A DNA stretch of 64,000 nt from Phoronis australis (GCA_002633005.1 NMRA01000505.1:27197-91196), one strand, 5' to 3'; positions 1 through 12,710 are shown, counted from the stretch's first letter. Notes: a model not told the origin generated them from the sequence alone. Numbers and translations: made by a program.

Positions 1-534
1 ACTGGCTGTAGTGATGTTGTCATCCACTGGCTGTAGTGATGTTGCATTGGTGTAGTCAACTGTAATGAATGAGTAGTATACTGCCATTATACGGCTACAC
101 TTTTTTCGAAGGAAAGTAGACATATTTTTTCAAAATTTTGTTCCTTCAAATACATTTCCATCCTTTTTCTTTTTGGCATCCATTTTTTTTCACTCGCTGC
201 ATCTTTCCTTCAAAGTATTTTTATTAATTATGTCCATGATTGTTGTACAACTTATATTACTGTTATTATTGGGCAGATGTAACATTACTTTTGCAAATCT
301 ACTATGCTCACACATTTGATAAATTTTGTTAAAAGAGTTATTTTTTGTAATATAATTATTTTCAGGTGCAGTTGATCAGCATGTTGTGATTGGCTCAACT
401 TCACAAATCTTGTGTTTGACAACTCACTTCTTGGTAACTGTTAAGCAAGACCAACATCAAGCTATCGATCAATGTTTCAACTAAGTGTTATTAAGTTACT
501 TTTTAGTGCAGAGAAAGTCAAAACAAAATCGGAC

Positions 535-1468
535 AAATGTCTCGGATGGTCCCCAGTTTTGTGCTGTCATTACTTGTTGGTTTGCTGCATGTTTTCTTGA
601 CAGATAGAGCACCTGCTTTGCAACATCAATTGTCACATGACGCGTCATCTAGGATGTTACTGTCTAAATCCTGTGTGGCATTCTACTGCCCAAAAATTGG
701 CAATGTTTATTGTTTTCATCAAATCTGGATCCATTGTTCTTGAGAACAGCAATTTGCAAACAGGCAAATCACAATCAAGGTCCATATTCGGTGGCCACTT
801 TTGGTGAAAAATAAAAGTTGTTATATAACTGTAAAAGTTGAGTTATTTTAAGGTACCAGCATTCCAGGTTTGTAATCTAAAATATTTTTGCACAAGAACC
901 ACCAAATAAAACTTTATGGCCTAATGCACCACAGTTGTATAAAAGGGTACGTACACTACAACTTGTGGTCACAGCCCACTTCTACCATGCAAAAATTTCA
1001 TAAGGTAGCTGTTAATTTGATACTAAGTTCTTGATCAAATTGAAGAAGTATCACATAGTTTACTAAAGTAAGAAAAGTTATTACTGTGCTGATCAAGTTG
1101 TTCTAAATGATGTTACATTGCATATCTTAACACAGTATAATGAGAACTTCTCTTGCAATATGATTCTTACAAAAAGAAAATGACAAGTAAATACTTTTTT
1201 CGAAAACTTTACTGGTGCTATTTGCCTAGTTTTCAATACATTCAGCAGTTGGTCAAAACAGTTAAGCAATGCTAGGCCTAGTGTTACACTTGTAAACAGT
1301 TAAAAATGGTACTGGTTGGGGGGTACGTACACTATGCACAGTCAATCAATGTCAAATTTTTTCTAAGTTATAAATGTATGGGATGGTCTCGAGTTTTGTG
1401 CTGCCTCTACTTGTTGGTTTGTTGCAAGTTGTCTTGAGAGATAGAGAACCTGCCTGCACAACATCAGT
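535..1468 (+). repeat. About 840-bp repeat unit (about 1.1 copies); inverted copy at 6885-7722
   Basis: 535-640 recurs at 1372-1468. 765-1468 is the reverse complement of about 7032-7722, e.g. caaatcacaatcaaggtccatattcggtggccacttttggtg vs caccaaaagtggccaccgaatatgggccttgattgtgatttg. Confidence 0.85.
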
Positions 1469-1510
1469 CTACTATAAATGAAAATATGGCTACCTGTTGC
1501 AGAATCAATA

Positions 1511-1631
1511 ATGAGAGAGGAAAGGAAAGGTGAGGATATTCCTGGAAAGATCTTTGTTGGTGGTCTTGCTAGTGATGTCGACGAGGCAGCTCTTGAGAGG
1601 TTCTTTGCTCGTTATGGCCGACTGTCTGAAG
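1511..1631 (+). CDS. RBMX: RBMX/hnRNP G-like RNA-binding protein, first coding exon (RRM RNP2)
   Basis: Acceptor ttgcag ends at 1502, ATG at 1511. Encodes MREERKGEDIPGKIFVGGLASDVDEAALERFFARYGRLSE, resembling RBMX PGKLFIGGL...FGKYGRIVE. Donor G|gtaagt at 1632, phase 1. The gene symbol is a best match; CIRBP/RBM3 is the related alternative. Confidence 0.88.
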
Positions 1632-2500
1632 GTAAGTGCCATGCAGGTTCATTGTCTTTTGCTCATATTGCAGTGATGTATGCTTGGATGAGCTCCTTTG
1701 GTAAAGTAAGATGCCAACCAAAGTTGCTCTTTGAAAGCTCCCATAGTCACGGGTGAGAAACAACATGACCGCCGGTCCTCTTAAATCAGACCGACTCGCC
1801 CAAAACAGGAACTCCGGGGATCAAATGGGACCGCCCCACCAGAAAACAGGACCGCCGGGGACTGATATGACCGCCGGGTATTGAAACCGCAATGACAAAC
1901 GAGCTAAGATTTATTATCGGTAGGCCTACACAGATCATACAATGGAGCTATGTATGTAAGCATATGCAGGTCTTGTGCCAATTAATCGAATGAAGTCTTT
2001 TGTGCGCTACAGGACACTTTGCTTTGTAACACGCGGCGCTTTTAAGTTTTAACCACAAACCAACCACGTTGCACGCTTTTGAGCTAAATACCTATAACTT
2101 TATCTACTGTTTTAGAACAAAATGAAAATCGTTTTAGTCAAGAAAAAAACTAAACGGGCGTTCTGGTTCTCTGGTGAAGCATCATAACTAGCCTTTGTGC
2201 GGCAAAGCAGTGTACTAAATATACAGCTTGGCTGTGGGTAAAACTCTGCACTTATAAAATCTTCACCGAATTAGTGTTATTAACGACACTCTTCCTAGAA
2301 CTTTTTTATTTGTGCGGCAATCGTCCGGTTTTTAGTCTTATTGTGATTATACTGAACACCTACTTCCATTCACTTTAAATCTAACTAGGTGATTATGTGA
2401 CTAAATAATCAGTGATTTTAGAAAATCAGCTTGAGCAATATTCGTTAAACATTCAGTCAGACAGATTACCAGCAGTAACAGCCTGTATCTGCGCCTCTGT

Positions 2501-2609
2501 TTATGTCTTGGCCTTTGGCTTGTCCATAATTTTTGTCTGGTCTATGTCAAGGCCTTCCTTTGCCTTTCGGTGGTCCTCTGAGGTCATGTGATCGACCAGA
2601 GTTTTGATT
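2501..2609 (-). CDS. TTF-type zinc finger ORF, exon 2 (H-x5-H half), ending in TAA
   Basis: Minus-strand acceptor cattttag|a. Encodes (R)IKTLVDHMTSEDHRKAKEGLDIDQTKIMDKPKAKT*. The phase matches the donor at 5527. A further donor G|gtaatc at 2469 suggests the TAA may be a later nonsense mutation. Confidence 0.6.
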
Positions 2610-2840
2610 CTAAAATGCACCAAGTCATGGCATAAGAGCAACAGTTGAAGTTGAGAGACGACTGTAGACCCAGCATGAAAAGTTTCCAGGGAAGGCTAAC
2701 CAGTAACCGCAACAGCGTGTGCTTACACACCGCAGGTTTTCACTCATCATTTATTTGACTTAAGATTAGGTATTAACGAATGATAGGCAAAAATCAAAAT
2801 TTAATAATGTGCTCTGTTCAAGTCAATGTAGTAATATAGA

Positions 2841-4776
2841 CAGGGCTCGACATAACGAGCTGCAGGTCGCATTTGCGACCTGAAATTTGGAAATGCGAGC
2901 TGAGATATTTGTCAGCTCGTATCAAGTCGCAAAATGCGAGCTGGAATTTCCAATGAATGCGAGCTGAGTTTTTACACTTCTCAACAGATACCTGGCAAAT
3001 ACAAAGCAGCTCTTGTTAATCTGACCGTAATTTGGTTGTTGCCAAATCCAAGTTCAAAAGAACACTAACCGAGAACAGCCCTCCCGATGACTTGTAAGCA
3101 AGTCGCGTGAACATGGGATTTGCAGAATCGATCTTTGACGCGTTTCATTGGCTAACACTTTCAACCACTTTTGTAAATTATCGGATTCGCCGAAGAAAGT
3201 TTCAGGCCACAGCTTAACACGTGATAAAACTTCACAAAACAACGGTGTTTCTACAAATTCTTAAGCGATCAACTTACCAAACTTTGTGGTGGACAAAAAT
3301 GTTTATTTTTCACATAAGATGTCCTTATTACATGTACCAAATATCCACGACAATATCCCTGATATCGCATTACGACACCGCCGCGCGCAAGCGGTCCCGG
3401 CAGACAATCGTGACTTAGACTGAGATGTGCTTCTCCTTTTTATCGTATTAAGACAACCAAAGTGAAAATGACAACCTTATTAATCGCCAAACGACGGTCA
3501 CGTCTTTAGTTTCAGTTGCCAAGAAATTCTCAAACCCTTTACTTGTTTCTGGGGCTACGTGCGCGAAATATGATTCGTCTTTCACACCTTGTTGCCAACG
3601 TAAAGTGTAGGCCTACTCCAGCGATTCAAGTGCGTGAACTCATGCGTGCGCGCCACTTCAAAGAACAGCGGCAGTCCTAAATGAAAGAGTATACCGGCTT
3701 GGTTCTGGTTTATTTGAAAATGAACTCAGATTCCCAGCGGTTATAANGCTCCCCGAACCACCGTCACCGTAAAATGTTCCGACTCCTATAGAAACAACCT
3801 TGTTCCGGCTGAAAACAAAATCATTCCGGGTGGCTAAAAAGGGTACAATGTAGGTGGTAACGATATCCAGAAAGTCACCCCTTATACTAGATGGAGTTTG
3901 CCTCGTAAAATCGTATTACAACATTTCTTACCATTGCAGCGTTTTAATACCTTATTACCGCAAACACTGAGATTAACGACTATGTTCACGCATGAGCCTA
4001 CTCCCTACCTTTAAAGTGTTTCATAATAAGCGCTCACTGATCTATTAAAAGTCCCCCCTTAAATTTTGAGAATTTCCAATTAAGCGCCCACAGTTCAAGC
4101 TAGCGCCCATCATAGCGCAATACAAACGACCGTGTGTGGTTTAAAATTGACACGCAGCTTATATGGTGTGTCTCTTTCATTTTACACAACTTCAGTTTTC
4201 ACAATATGTAAAAATCAAATCCCGGCTTTGTTTTATACCTCGGAAAGAAAGTTAACACTAGTGACATGCGTGTCGTTTTGTGACTGACCTAATTTTCCCG
4301 TACTTGGAAGGTATTGAGGAGCAAACTCGCCATTACCCGAGTTAGTTTGAATCGTTAACGACTTTGATGACAGCCAGTAGCAGGCCAGATCTAACAAAAT
4401 CTCGGATACTTCTTCAACGGGAATTTTCTCCCTTTTCACATCGCAAATTTAGCTACTCGAATGCACAAGTCAGTTAGAGAGCAATGATTCAACTTTCACG
4501 TCGGCAACTTGCCTTGCTAGAGTCTTTCAATGGCGGTCGTGAAGAACAGTGACGCTGTACCTGCATGAATGAAGTCAATTTTGATCCGAAATTTGTGAGT
4601 ATTTAACGTTGTAGGTAAGAGCATAATTTAAACATTTTCTCGATGATCTAAAAAAAATCTATTTTGGCGCGTAAAAATGGCGGGAAAATTTTGCGACCTG
4701 GCATTTACGAATGCGACCTGGGATTTTGGCTAGGTCGCAAAATGCGACCTGGCGATTTTAATAGCGTCGAGCCCTG
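2841..4776. mobile_element. Non-autonomous hAT-like element
   Basis: 11-bp TIR cagggctcgac / gtcgagccctg. TGCGACCTG/TGCGAGCTG subterminal repeats at both ends. Near-matching 5-bp flanks ataga/acaga. A single N at 3747 means the two halves could come from a contig join. Confidence 0.75.
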
Positions 4777-5527
4777 ACAGATATCAGCTATCAAATACCA
4801 GTTAAATTAAGAGTGTAAAATATTAAGGGCTTGTTCCAACACAATTCCTTGAGTTACAGAACATTGGACAAGTTAACCTTATAAAATTATTGCACAACGA
4901 ACACGCAAACCAAATCGGGTGATTTTGCCGTGAAGAATCGGACTTGCGGACATTTATTGCATGTCTTTAATTAAGCATTTTACAAGCAGACGCCATGAAA
5001 AACGAAACTGTAATGGCTTGATATAGCATTTGAGTCGGTGCAAAATGAAAAATTCTGTGTGCGCGCGGCACCGTGGTTATTGCTCTACATTGCCTCAACG
5101 ACGTGATTTGAATGAAACCTTTTGATGAAATCCAGTTTCAGAAAACCGTGATCGGGCGATGAGTAGGCTACTTTTAACTGCACCTGGATTACTCATAATA
5201 ACGCAATTTATATGGCGGGGAGGTATCGTAAACAATTTTCGACGGAGCTGCACTTCCGTGGCACTCACTCCAATAATTTGAATTACCGATTGCTTATCTG
5301 GGACGGCATTTCCCAAAAAATGGAAATGACATGGAGAAAACGTCAGATGGGCAAATTGAGTTAGGCCTATTTATCGAGCATACTAGCAAAATTCACTAAT
5401 CTTAGCAATTCAGATTAAAGCGCCATGAATGACGCGTTCGGGTATTTTTATTTCACGGGCACATTTCTTAGATATTCAAAATAGTGCGCGGTTAACCCAA
5501 ATGGGCGCAATTTGAAATTGCACTTAC

Positions 5528-5856
5528 CTGAAATTTGAAGTACCCTTCGCCAGCGGGTTGCGTGGGCTGTGCTGGCGACAATATACGCAGTGCATACTGT
5601 CGCTGGTGCTGTCGTACCGCAGCCAAGGAAATGACTTTAGCCAGCCCTGCACGAACTTTCTTTTCTTTGGCTCAACTGCTGTCTCAAAACTTGAGCTTGT
5701 AGTTGCTACAACGGATTCTGAATTCGGTACCACTGTGACTGTCGTAATCAGATTAACATTTTGAGCGGTTTCAACTTCATAATGAGGTAGTTCATTTAAC
5801 GTTGGCGCCGATTCCTTTCGTGGTTTAAAAAAATCCAATATATTTCGTTTTGCCAT
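5528..5856 (-). CDS. TTF-type zinc finger ORF, exon 1 (hAT transposase N-terminus-like)
   Basis: MAKRNILDFFKP...KKRKFVQGWLKSFPWLRYDSTSDSMHCVYCRQ...LAKGTSNF, a typical ZnF_TTF signature. It ends at a canonical donor AG|gtaagt (phase 2). Confidence 0.72.
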
Positions 5857-6884
5857 GTCGCGACTCGCGAGATACAACTTACCAGGTTGCGCGTGCAAGG
5901 GAAAGTGACTGCTGACTGCTGAGTGCAGCTGGGCTGATGTAACATCAAGGAAGTCCCAGTAAGGTGGCGACATGATTGTTACACGCCGCCAGATGCACAG
6001 CACGTATATTGACTAAAGACTTCAGTTCGGAGACACTTTTAATTTCACCGCGAAGTGAAATTATGAAAACGACAATTAGGTCTGTAATAGTCTTTATTGC
6101 AGACATGGATTAAAAACCACTGCATAGCGTTACTGGTCAATAATTTATTGTCAGCATGTTTTTGTTTGTGTAGCGAACTAAAGATATAACAATATACTAT
6201 TTACAGCTTTGTAATTTCGGTACCCATTTCAATAAATCCGGAAATAATTCTCGACTTCAACACTATTTGTTAGGCTCCGGTATTCCGCAAATACTTTATT
6301 GGCCCATCCCACTTTTTCTCCAAACTAAATTTAACGGACGGGAGTTTCCGGATCTCCGTGTCCCGACCCTTATCCCAATGCCCCCCCCAGGACTGCAACT
6401 CCGAGCCTGTGTTCACTGTTCCCATGTTACCCCGTCCTTGTGTGTCCCCATGTTCTCCCTGTTCAATTCTAATGCAGGAATAATTTTTTTTCCTCAAAAT
6501 ATTTTTTACTATTTCGGTGCACATGTTCTCTTGCACCAAACGCACATCAATGAAACTCGATTCCGTTATCATAAATGCAAAATGAGCGATCAGGGGAACT
6601 TGTACGGACGGCCCGACGCCGACGGACGGGGGATCATGAGCAACGGGAACAGCGAAATGACCCGGCCTCCATCCATGCGAATAAGTTTTGAGCATAACAT
6701 TTTTCCTCCCAAGTTTTGAGCATAACATTTTTCCTCCCGTTTTCAGAAATGTTCCTGAATCCACGTGAATCGTGTCCATACTTTGTTGTAGGCCTAAATC
6801 ACGATTTTTATCAAGTTTTTGACGTGTGAGTTATGCTCGTCATACCTCTGTGCTATAAAGTATTGCCCACAAGTATTTTTACAT

Positions 6885-7722
6885 ACTGCTGTTCTCATGA
6901 ACAATACTGATATTTCCAAAATGCATCCGGTTTGACAAAATAAAAAAACAATGGACATTGTTAAATTTGTGGGAAATAAAATGCCACACAGGTCTTGGCT
7001 AGTAACATCCTAGAAGACATGTCATGTGACAACTGATGTTGCAGAGGCACGTTCTCTATCTCTCAAGACAAGTTGCAACAAAACAACTAGTAGAGGCCTC
7101 ACAAAACTCAAGATCATCCCATACATTTGTAAAATTTGACGTTGATTGACTGTACGTAGTATACGTACCCCCCAACCAGTACCATTTTTTACTGTTTATA
7201 AGTTGAACACTGGGCCTAACACTGCTTCAGCTATTTTGACCATCTGGTGAATGTGTTGAAAACTAGGTAAATAGCACCAACAAAGTTTTTGAAAAAAGTA
7301 GTTACCTGTCATTTTCTTTTTGTAAGAATCATATTGCAAGAGAAGAAGTTCTCATTATACTGTGTTAAGACAGGCAATGTATCATCATCTAGAACAACTT
7401 GATCAGCACGGTAATAACTTTTCTTACTTTAGTATGTGATACTTCTTCAATTTGATCAAGAACTTACTAAATTAACAGCTACCTTATGAATTTTTGCATG
7501 ATAGAAGTGGGCTGTGACCACAAGTTGTAGTGTAAGTACCCTTATATGCAACTGCGATGCATTAGGCCATAAAATTTTATTTGGTGGTTCTAGTGCAAAA
7601 ATATTTTAGATTACAAACCTGGAATGATGGTACTTTAAAATAACCCAGCTTTTACAGTTATACGGCAATCTTCATTTTTCACCAAAAGTGGCCACCGAAT
7701 ATGGGCCTTGATTGTGATTTGG
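6885..7722 (-). repeat. Inverted copy of the about 840-bp unit at 535-1468
   Basis: Read on the minus strand it gives 765-1468 followed by about 633-750, i.e. one permuted unit. Confidence 0.85.
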
Positions 7723-7724
7723 CC

Positions 7725-7900
7725 ATGAGCGTTCATGTGATTTGATGAACAAAGCCTCCTGAGCACGTCTCTGAAACCAGTTTTCTCTGTACACAACATT
7801 GACAGATTTAAAAAATGACTATGTCAAGATCCTGCATAGAGAACAAGAATGATTTCATAAAGAGGTGTTTTTAAGTCATAGAAGTGAAGGTCTGCCAGTT
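7725..7900 (-). mobile_element. Penelope-like retroelement remnant (GIY-YIG endonuclease C-terminal part)
   Basis: Minus-strand translation VVYRENWFQRRAQEALFI resembles the PLE motif ILxRExxWFxRxxxEAIxI. Confidence 0.5.
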
Positions 7901-8009
7901 ACATCTCTTCAGTAACAATAATTGAGCTAAACTTGTTCTCTATCAAGATATTGCACTACACTACCAGCACTTGCAAAACCAGATAGATGGCATGATTTAG
8001 AAAGAAACC

Positions 8010-8680
8010 TGTGGTGTTCTACTGAGAAAGCTTTCTATGTGGTGTCCTGCTGAGAAAGCTTTCTGTGTGGTGTCCTACTGAGAAAGCTTTCTGTTTGGTG
8101 TCCTACTGAGAAAGCTTTCTATGTGGTGTTCTACTGAGAAAGCTTTCTGTGTGGTGTCCTACTGAGAAAGCTTTCTGTTTGGTGTCCTACTGAGAAAGCT
8201 TTCTATGTGGTATCTTACTGAGAAAGCTTTCTATGTGGTTTTCTACTGAGAAAGCTTTCTGTGTGGTGTCCTACTGAGAAAGCTTTCTGTTTGGTGTCCT
8301 ACAGAGAAAGCTTTCTGTGTGGTGTTCTACTGAGAAAGCTTTCTGTGTTGTGTCCTACTGAGAAAGCTTTCTGTTTGGTGTCCTACTGAGAAAGCTTTCT
8401 GTGTTGTGTCCTACTGAGAAAGCTTTCTGTTTGGTGTCCTACTGAGAAAGCTTTCTGTGTGGTGTTCTACTGAGAAAGCTTTCTGTTAGGTGTTCTACTG
8501 AGAAAGCTTTCTGTTAGGTGTTCTACTGAGAAAGCTTTCTGTGTTGTGTCCTACTGAGAAAGCTTTCTGTGTGGTGTTCTACTGAGAAAGCTTTCTGTGT
8601 TGTGTCCTACTGAGAAAGCTTTCTGTGTGGTGTTCTACTGAGAAAGCTTTCTGTGTGGTGTTCTACTGAGAAAGCATTCT
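8010..8680. repeat. 28-bp minisatellite, about 24 copies
   Basis: Unit actgagaaagctttctgtgtggtgtcct, period 28 (8021, 8049 ... 8161). Each unit contains the palindrome agaaagctttct. Confidence 0.97.
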
Positions 8681-9031
8681 GAAAAACTGTCCTTGAGTAT
8701 TTATTATGTTGTGGCAACTTTCATTTTGAAATGTGTGAGTTGAATTAACTGAGACCAGTAGTACAGTGTGTTTAGGAAGTTCAGTTCCGCAACAAAGTGT
8801 TTAAGTCGAAATTTATTATTTTACAAAGAGGAGGCAGTTTAGTCTAGTGAGATAAGTGACTGCTTCCTTTAGTTTTCTCAAGGTATTGGGTTGGCGTCCC
8901 ACTGCGCCACACTGCTAGACCCTTGAGTAATGTCTTTAGCTTTTAAGCTGGATTTAACTACATATTATTAATAAGGCATAAAAATGTTTCCAGGTGATCA
9001 GTGCAATGGGCCCACCTGAGCAGCCTGCATA

Positions 9032-9132
9032 CGTCTGGTACAATGTGTAGCAGACCGTTTGGTACAATGTGTAGCAGACCGTCTGGCACAATGTATAGCA
9101 GACCGTCTGGCACAACGTGTACTCGACCGTTT
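9032..9132. repeat. 24-bp minisatellite, about 4 copies
   Basis: Unit cgtctggcacaatgtgtagcagac. Confidence 0.9.
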
Positions 9133-9202
9133 GCAATGATCTTTTCATACAAAGATGCACATACTGGTAGTTTGTATTGTTTTTGTGACATTTATGTTGT
9201 AG

Positions 9203-9309
9203 TCATGGTGATCAAAGATGCGAATACACGCACATCAAGAGGTTTTGGATTTGTTACATTTGAAAATCCTATGGACTCTGAAGACGCTTTGAAGGGAGTA
9301 TACGGCAAG
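9203..9309 (+). CDS. RBMX: RBMX-like coding exon 2 (RRM RNP1)
   Basis: ttgtag| (V)MVIKDANTRTSRGFGFVTFENPMDSEDALKGVYGK |gtgata. RNP1 is RGFGFVTF. Phases fit the previous exon, and the boundaries match those I recall for RBMX/CIRBP-family genes. Confidence 0.92.
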
Positions 9310-9530
9310 GTGATATATGATTTATTAAAAGGAAAGGGCTGAAATGGTTTTGAAGTAATGTAGTGCATTTCTGTTCATAGAATTTATCACTATTCAGTAC
9401 ACTGACTGGGTCAGTTCCTTTGATACAGCAATTGTAAATACAAACGAACCAACATACTGATTCCTTGCTTTAGTTGTTTTTTTATGAAAAAATGATGTGC
9501 GTGGGTACTCTGTGAAATTAGCATTAGTTT

Positions 9531-9748
9531 ATGTGGGTATAGGTCTATCACGGACCTATGATGGCAGACCATGAACAGACCAAATTGTGTGGGTATAGGT
9601 CTATCACTGACCTATGATGGCAGACCATGAACAGACTAAATTGTGTGGGTATAGATCTATCACCGACCAATGATGGCAGACCATGAACAGACCAAATTGT
9701 GTGGGTATAGATCTATCACCGACCTATGATGGCAGACCATGAACAGAC
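9531..9748. repeat. 56-bp minisatellite, about 4 copies, ending at an N
   Basis: gtgggtat recurs at 9533, 9589, 9645 and 9701. Confidence 0.95.
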
Positions 9749-9749
9749 N

Positions 9750-12710
9750 GATGCTATGGCCGGTTGCATGATGCTATGGCCGGTTGCATGATGCTATGGC
9801 CGGTTGCATGATGCTATGGCCGGTTGCATGATGCTATGGCCGGTTGCATGATGCTATGGCCGGTTGCATGATGCTATGGCCGGTTGCATGATGCTATGGC
9901 CGGTTGCATGATGCTATGGCCGGTTGCATGATGCTATGGCCGGTTGCATGATGCTATGGCCGGTTGCATGATGCTATGGCCGGTTGCATGATGCTATGGC
10001 CGGTTGCATGATGCTATGGCCGGTTGCATGATGCTATGGCCGGTTGCATGATGCTATGGCCGGTTGCATGATGCTATGGCCGGTTGCATGATGCTATGGC
10101 CGGTTGCATGATGCTATGGCCGGTTGCATGATGCTATGGCCGGTTGCATGATGCTATGGCCGGTTGCATGATGCTATGGCCGGTTGCATGATGCTATGGC
10201 CGGTTGCATGATGCTATGGCCGGTTGCATGATGCTATGGCCGGTTGCATGATGCTATGGCCGGTTGCATGATGCTATGGCCGGTTGCATGATGCTATGGC
10301 CGGTTGCATGATGCTATGGCCGGTTGCATGATGCTATGGCCGGTTGCATGATGCTATGGCCGGTTGCATGATGCTATGGCCGGTTGCATGATGCTATGGC
10401 CGGTTGCATGATGCTATGGCCGGTTGCATGATGCTATGGCCGGTTGCATGATGCTATGGCCGGTTGCATGATGCTATGGCCGGTTGCATGATGCTATGGC
10501 CGGTTGCATGATGCTATGGCCGGTTGCATGATGCTATGGCCGGTTGCATGATGCTATGGCCGGTTGCATGATGCTATGGCCGGTTGCATGATGCTATGGC
10601 CGGTTGCATGATGCTATGGCCGGTTGCATGATGCTATGGCCGGTTGCATGATGCTATGGCCGGTTGCATGATGCTATGGCCGGTTGCATGATGCTATGGC
10701 CGGTTGCATGATGCTATGGCCGGTTGCATGATGCTATGGCCGGTTGCATGATGCTATGGCCGGTTGCATGATGCTATGGCCGGTTGCATGATGCTATGGC
10801 CGGTTGCATGATGCTATGGCCGGTTGCATGATGCTATGGCCGGTTGCATGATGCTATGGCCGGTTGCATGATGCTATGGCCGGTTGCATGATGCTATGGC
10901 CGGTTGCATGATGCTATGGCCGGTTGCATGATGCTATGGCCGGTTGCATGATGCTATGGCCGGTTGCATGATGCTATGGCCGGTTGCATGATGCTATGGC
11001 CGGTTGCATGATGCTATGGCCGGTTGCATGATGCTATGGCCGGTTGCATGATGCTATGGCCGGTTGCATGATGCTATGGCCGGTTGCATGATGCTATGGC
11101 CGGTTGCATGATGCTATGGCCGGTTGCATGATGCTATGGCCGGTTGCATGATGCTATGGCCGGTTGCATGATGCTATGGCCGGTTGCATGATGCTATGGC
11201 CGGTTGCATGATGCTATGGCCGGTTGCATGATGCTATGGCCGGTTGCATGATGCTATGGCCGGTTGCATGATGCTATGGCCGGTTGCATGATGCTATGGC
11301 CGGTTGCATGATGCTATGGCCGGTTGCATGATGCTATGGCCGGTTGCATGATGCTATGGCCGGTTGCATGATGCTATGGCCGGTTGCATGATGCTATGGC
11401 CGGTTGCATGATGCTATGGCCGGTTGCATGATGCTATGGCCGGTTGCATGATGCTATGGCCGGTTGCATGATGCTATGGCCGGTTGCATGATGCTATGGC
11501 CGGTTGCATGATGCTATGGCCGGTTGCATGATGCTATGGCCGGTTGCATGATGCTATGGCCGGTTGCATGATGCTATGGCCGGTTGCATGATGCTATGGC
11601 CGGTTGCATGATGCTATGGCCGGTTGCATGATGCTATGGCCGGTTGCATGATGCTATGGCCGGTTGCATGATGCTATGGCCGGTTGCATGATGCTATGGC
11701 CGGTTGCATGATGCTATGGCCGGTTGCATGATGCTATGGCCGGTTGCATGATGCTATGGCCGGTTGCATGATGCTATGGCCGGTTGCATGATGCTATGGC
11801 CGGTTGCATGATGCTATGGCCGGTTGCATGATGCTATGGCCGGTTGCATGATGCTATGGCCGGTTGCATGATGCTATGGCCGGTTGCATGATGCTATGGC
11901 CGGTTGCATGATGCTATGGCCGGTTGCATGATGCTATGGCCGGTTGCATGATGCTATGGCCGGTTGCATGATGCTATGGCCGGTTGCATGATGCTATGGC
12001 CGGTTGCATGATGCTATGGCCGGTTGCATGATGCTATGGCCGGTTGCATGATGCTATGGCCGGTTGCATGATGCTATGGCCGGTTGCATGATGCTATGGC
12101 CGGTTGCATGATGCTATGGCCGGTTGCATGATGCTATGGCCGGTTGCATGATGCTATGGCCGGTTGCATGATGCTATGGCCGGTTGCATGATGCTATGGC
12201 CGGTTGCATGATGCTATGGCCGGTTGCATGATGCTATGGCCGGTTGCATGATGCTATGGCCGGTTGCATGATGCTATGGCCGGTTGCATGATGCTATGGC
12301 CGGTTGCATGATGCTATGGCCGGTTGCATGATGCTATGGCCGGTTGCATGATGCTATGGCCGGTTGCATGATGCTATGGCCGGTTGCATGATGCTATGGC
12401 CGGTTGCATGATGCTATGGCCGGTTGCATGATGCTATGGCCGGTTGCATGATGCTATGGCCGGTTGCATGATGCTATGGCCGGTTGCATGATGCTATGGC
12501 CGGTTGCATGATGCTATGGCCGGTTGCATGATGCTATGGCCGGTTGCATGATGCTATGGCCGGTTGCATGATGCTATGGCCGGTTGCATGATGCTATGGC
12601 CGGTTGCATGATGCTATGGCCGGTTGCATGATGCTATGGCCGGTTGCATGATGCTATGGCCGGTTGCATGATGCTATGGCCGGTTGCATGATGCTATGGC
12701 CGGTTACATG
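9750..12710. repeat. Perfect 20-bp satellite (atgctatggccggttgcatg) x148
   Basis: Identical units from 9751 to 12710; only the last differs (ttacatg). Begins right after the N at 9749. Confidence 0.97.

Larger units (their letters stand above)
1748..6000 (-). mobile_element. Decayed intron-containing hAT transposon (ZNF862/TTF-type), antisense in the RBMX-like intron
   Basis: hAT-like end cacgggtgaga at 1748 with GACCGCC subterminal repeats (1768-1875). Degenerate hAT dimerisation-domain traces on the minus strand at about 2130-2375 (VFS..IKTKNR, EFYPQP). TTF zinc-finger exons upstream. The other terminus was not found. Confidence 0.55.

Noticed and set aside
366-433. Possible 5' UTR exon of the RBMX-like gene (ttttcag|...|gtaact)
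   Set aside because: Only splice-like dinucleotides support it; transcript data are needed.
6267-6779. Overlapping 150-aa and 169-aa ORFs
   Set aside because: No recognisable domain or splice context; contains a local 28-bp duplication and is probably TE-derived non-coding DNA.
8021-8680. Heat-shock element array
   Set aside because: GAA and TTC are 4 nt apart, not the 2 nt of nGAAnnTTCn.
9550-9575. acc tat gat ggc aga cca (TYDGRP) in the 56-bp repeat as the missing RRM exon
   Set aside because: There is no AG acceptor in phase, and TGA follows immediately.
8010-12710. Tandem arrays as CRISPR arrays
   Set aside because: There are no unique spacers and no cas genes, and the context is a eukaryotic intron.
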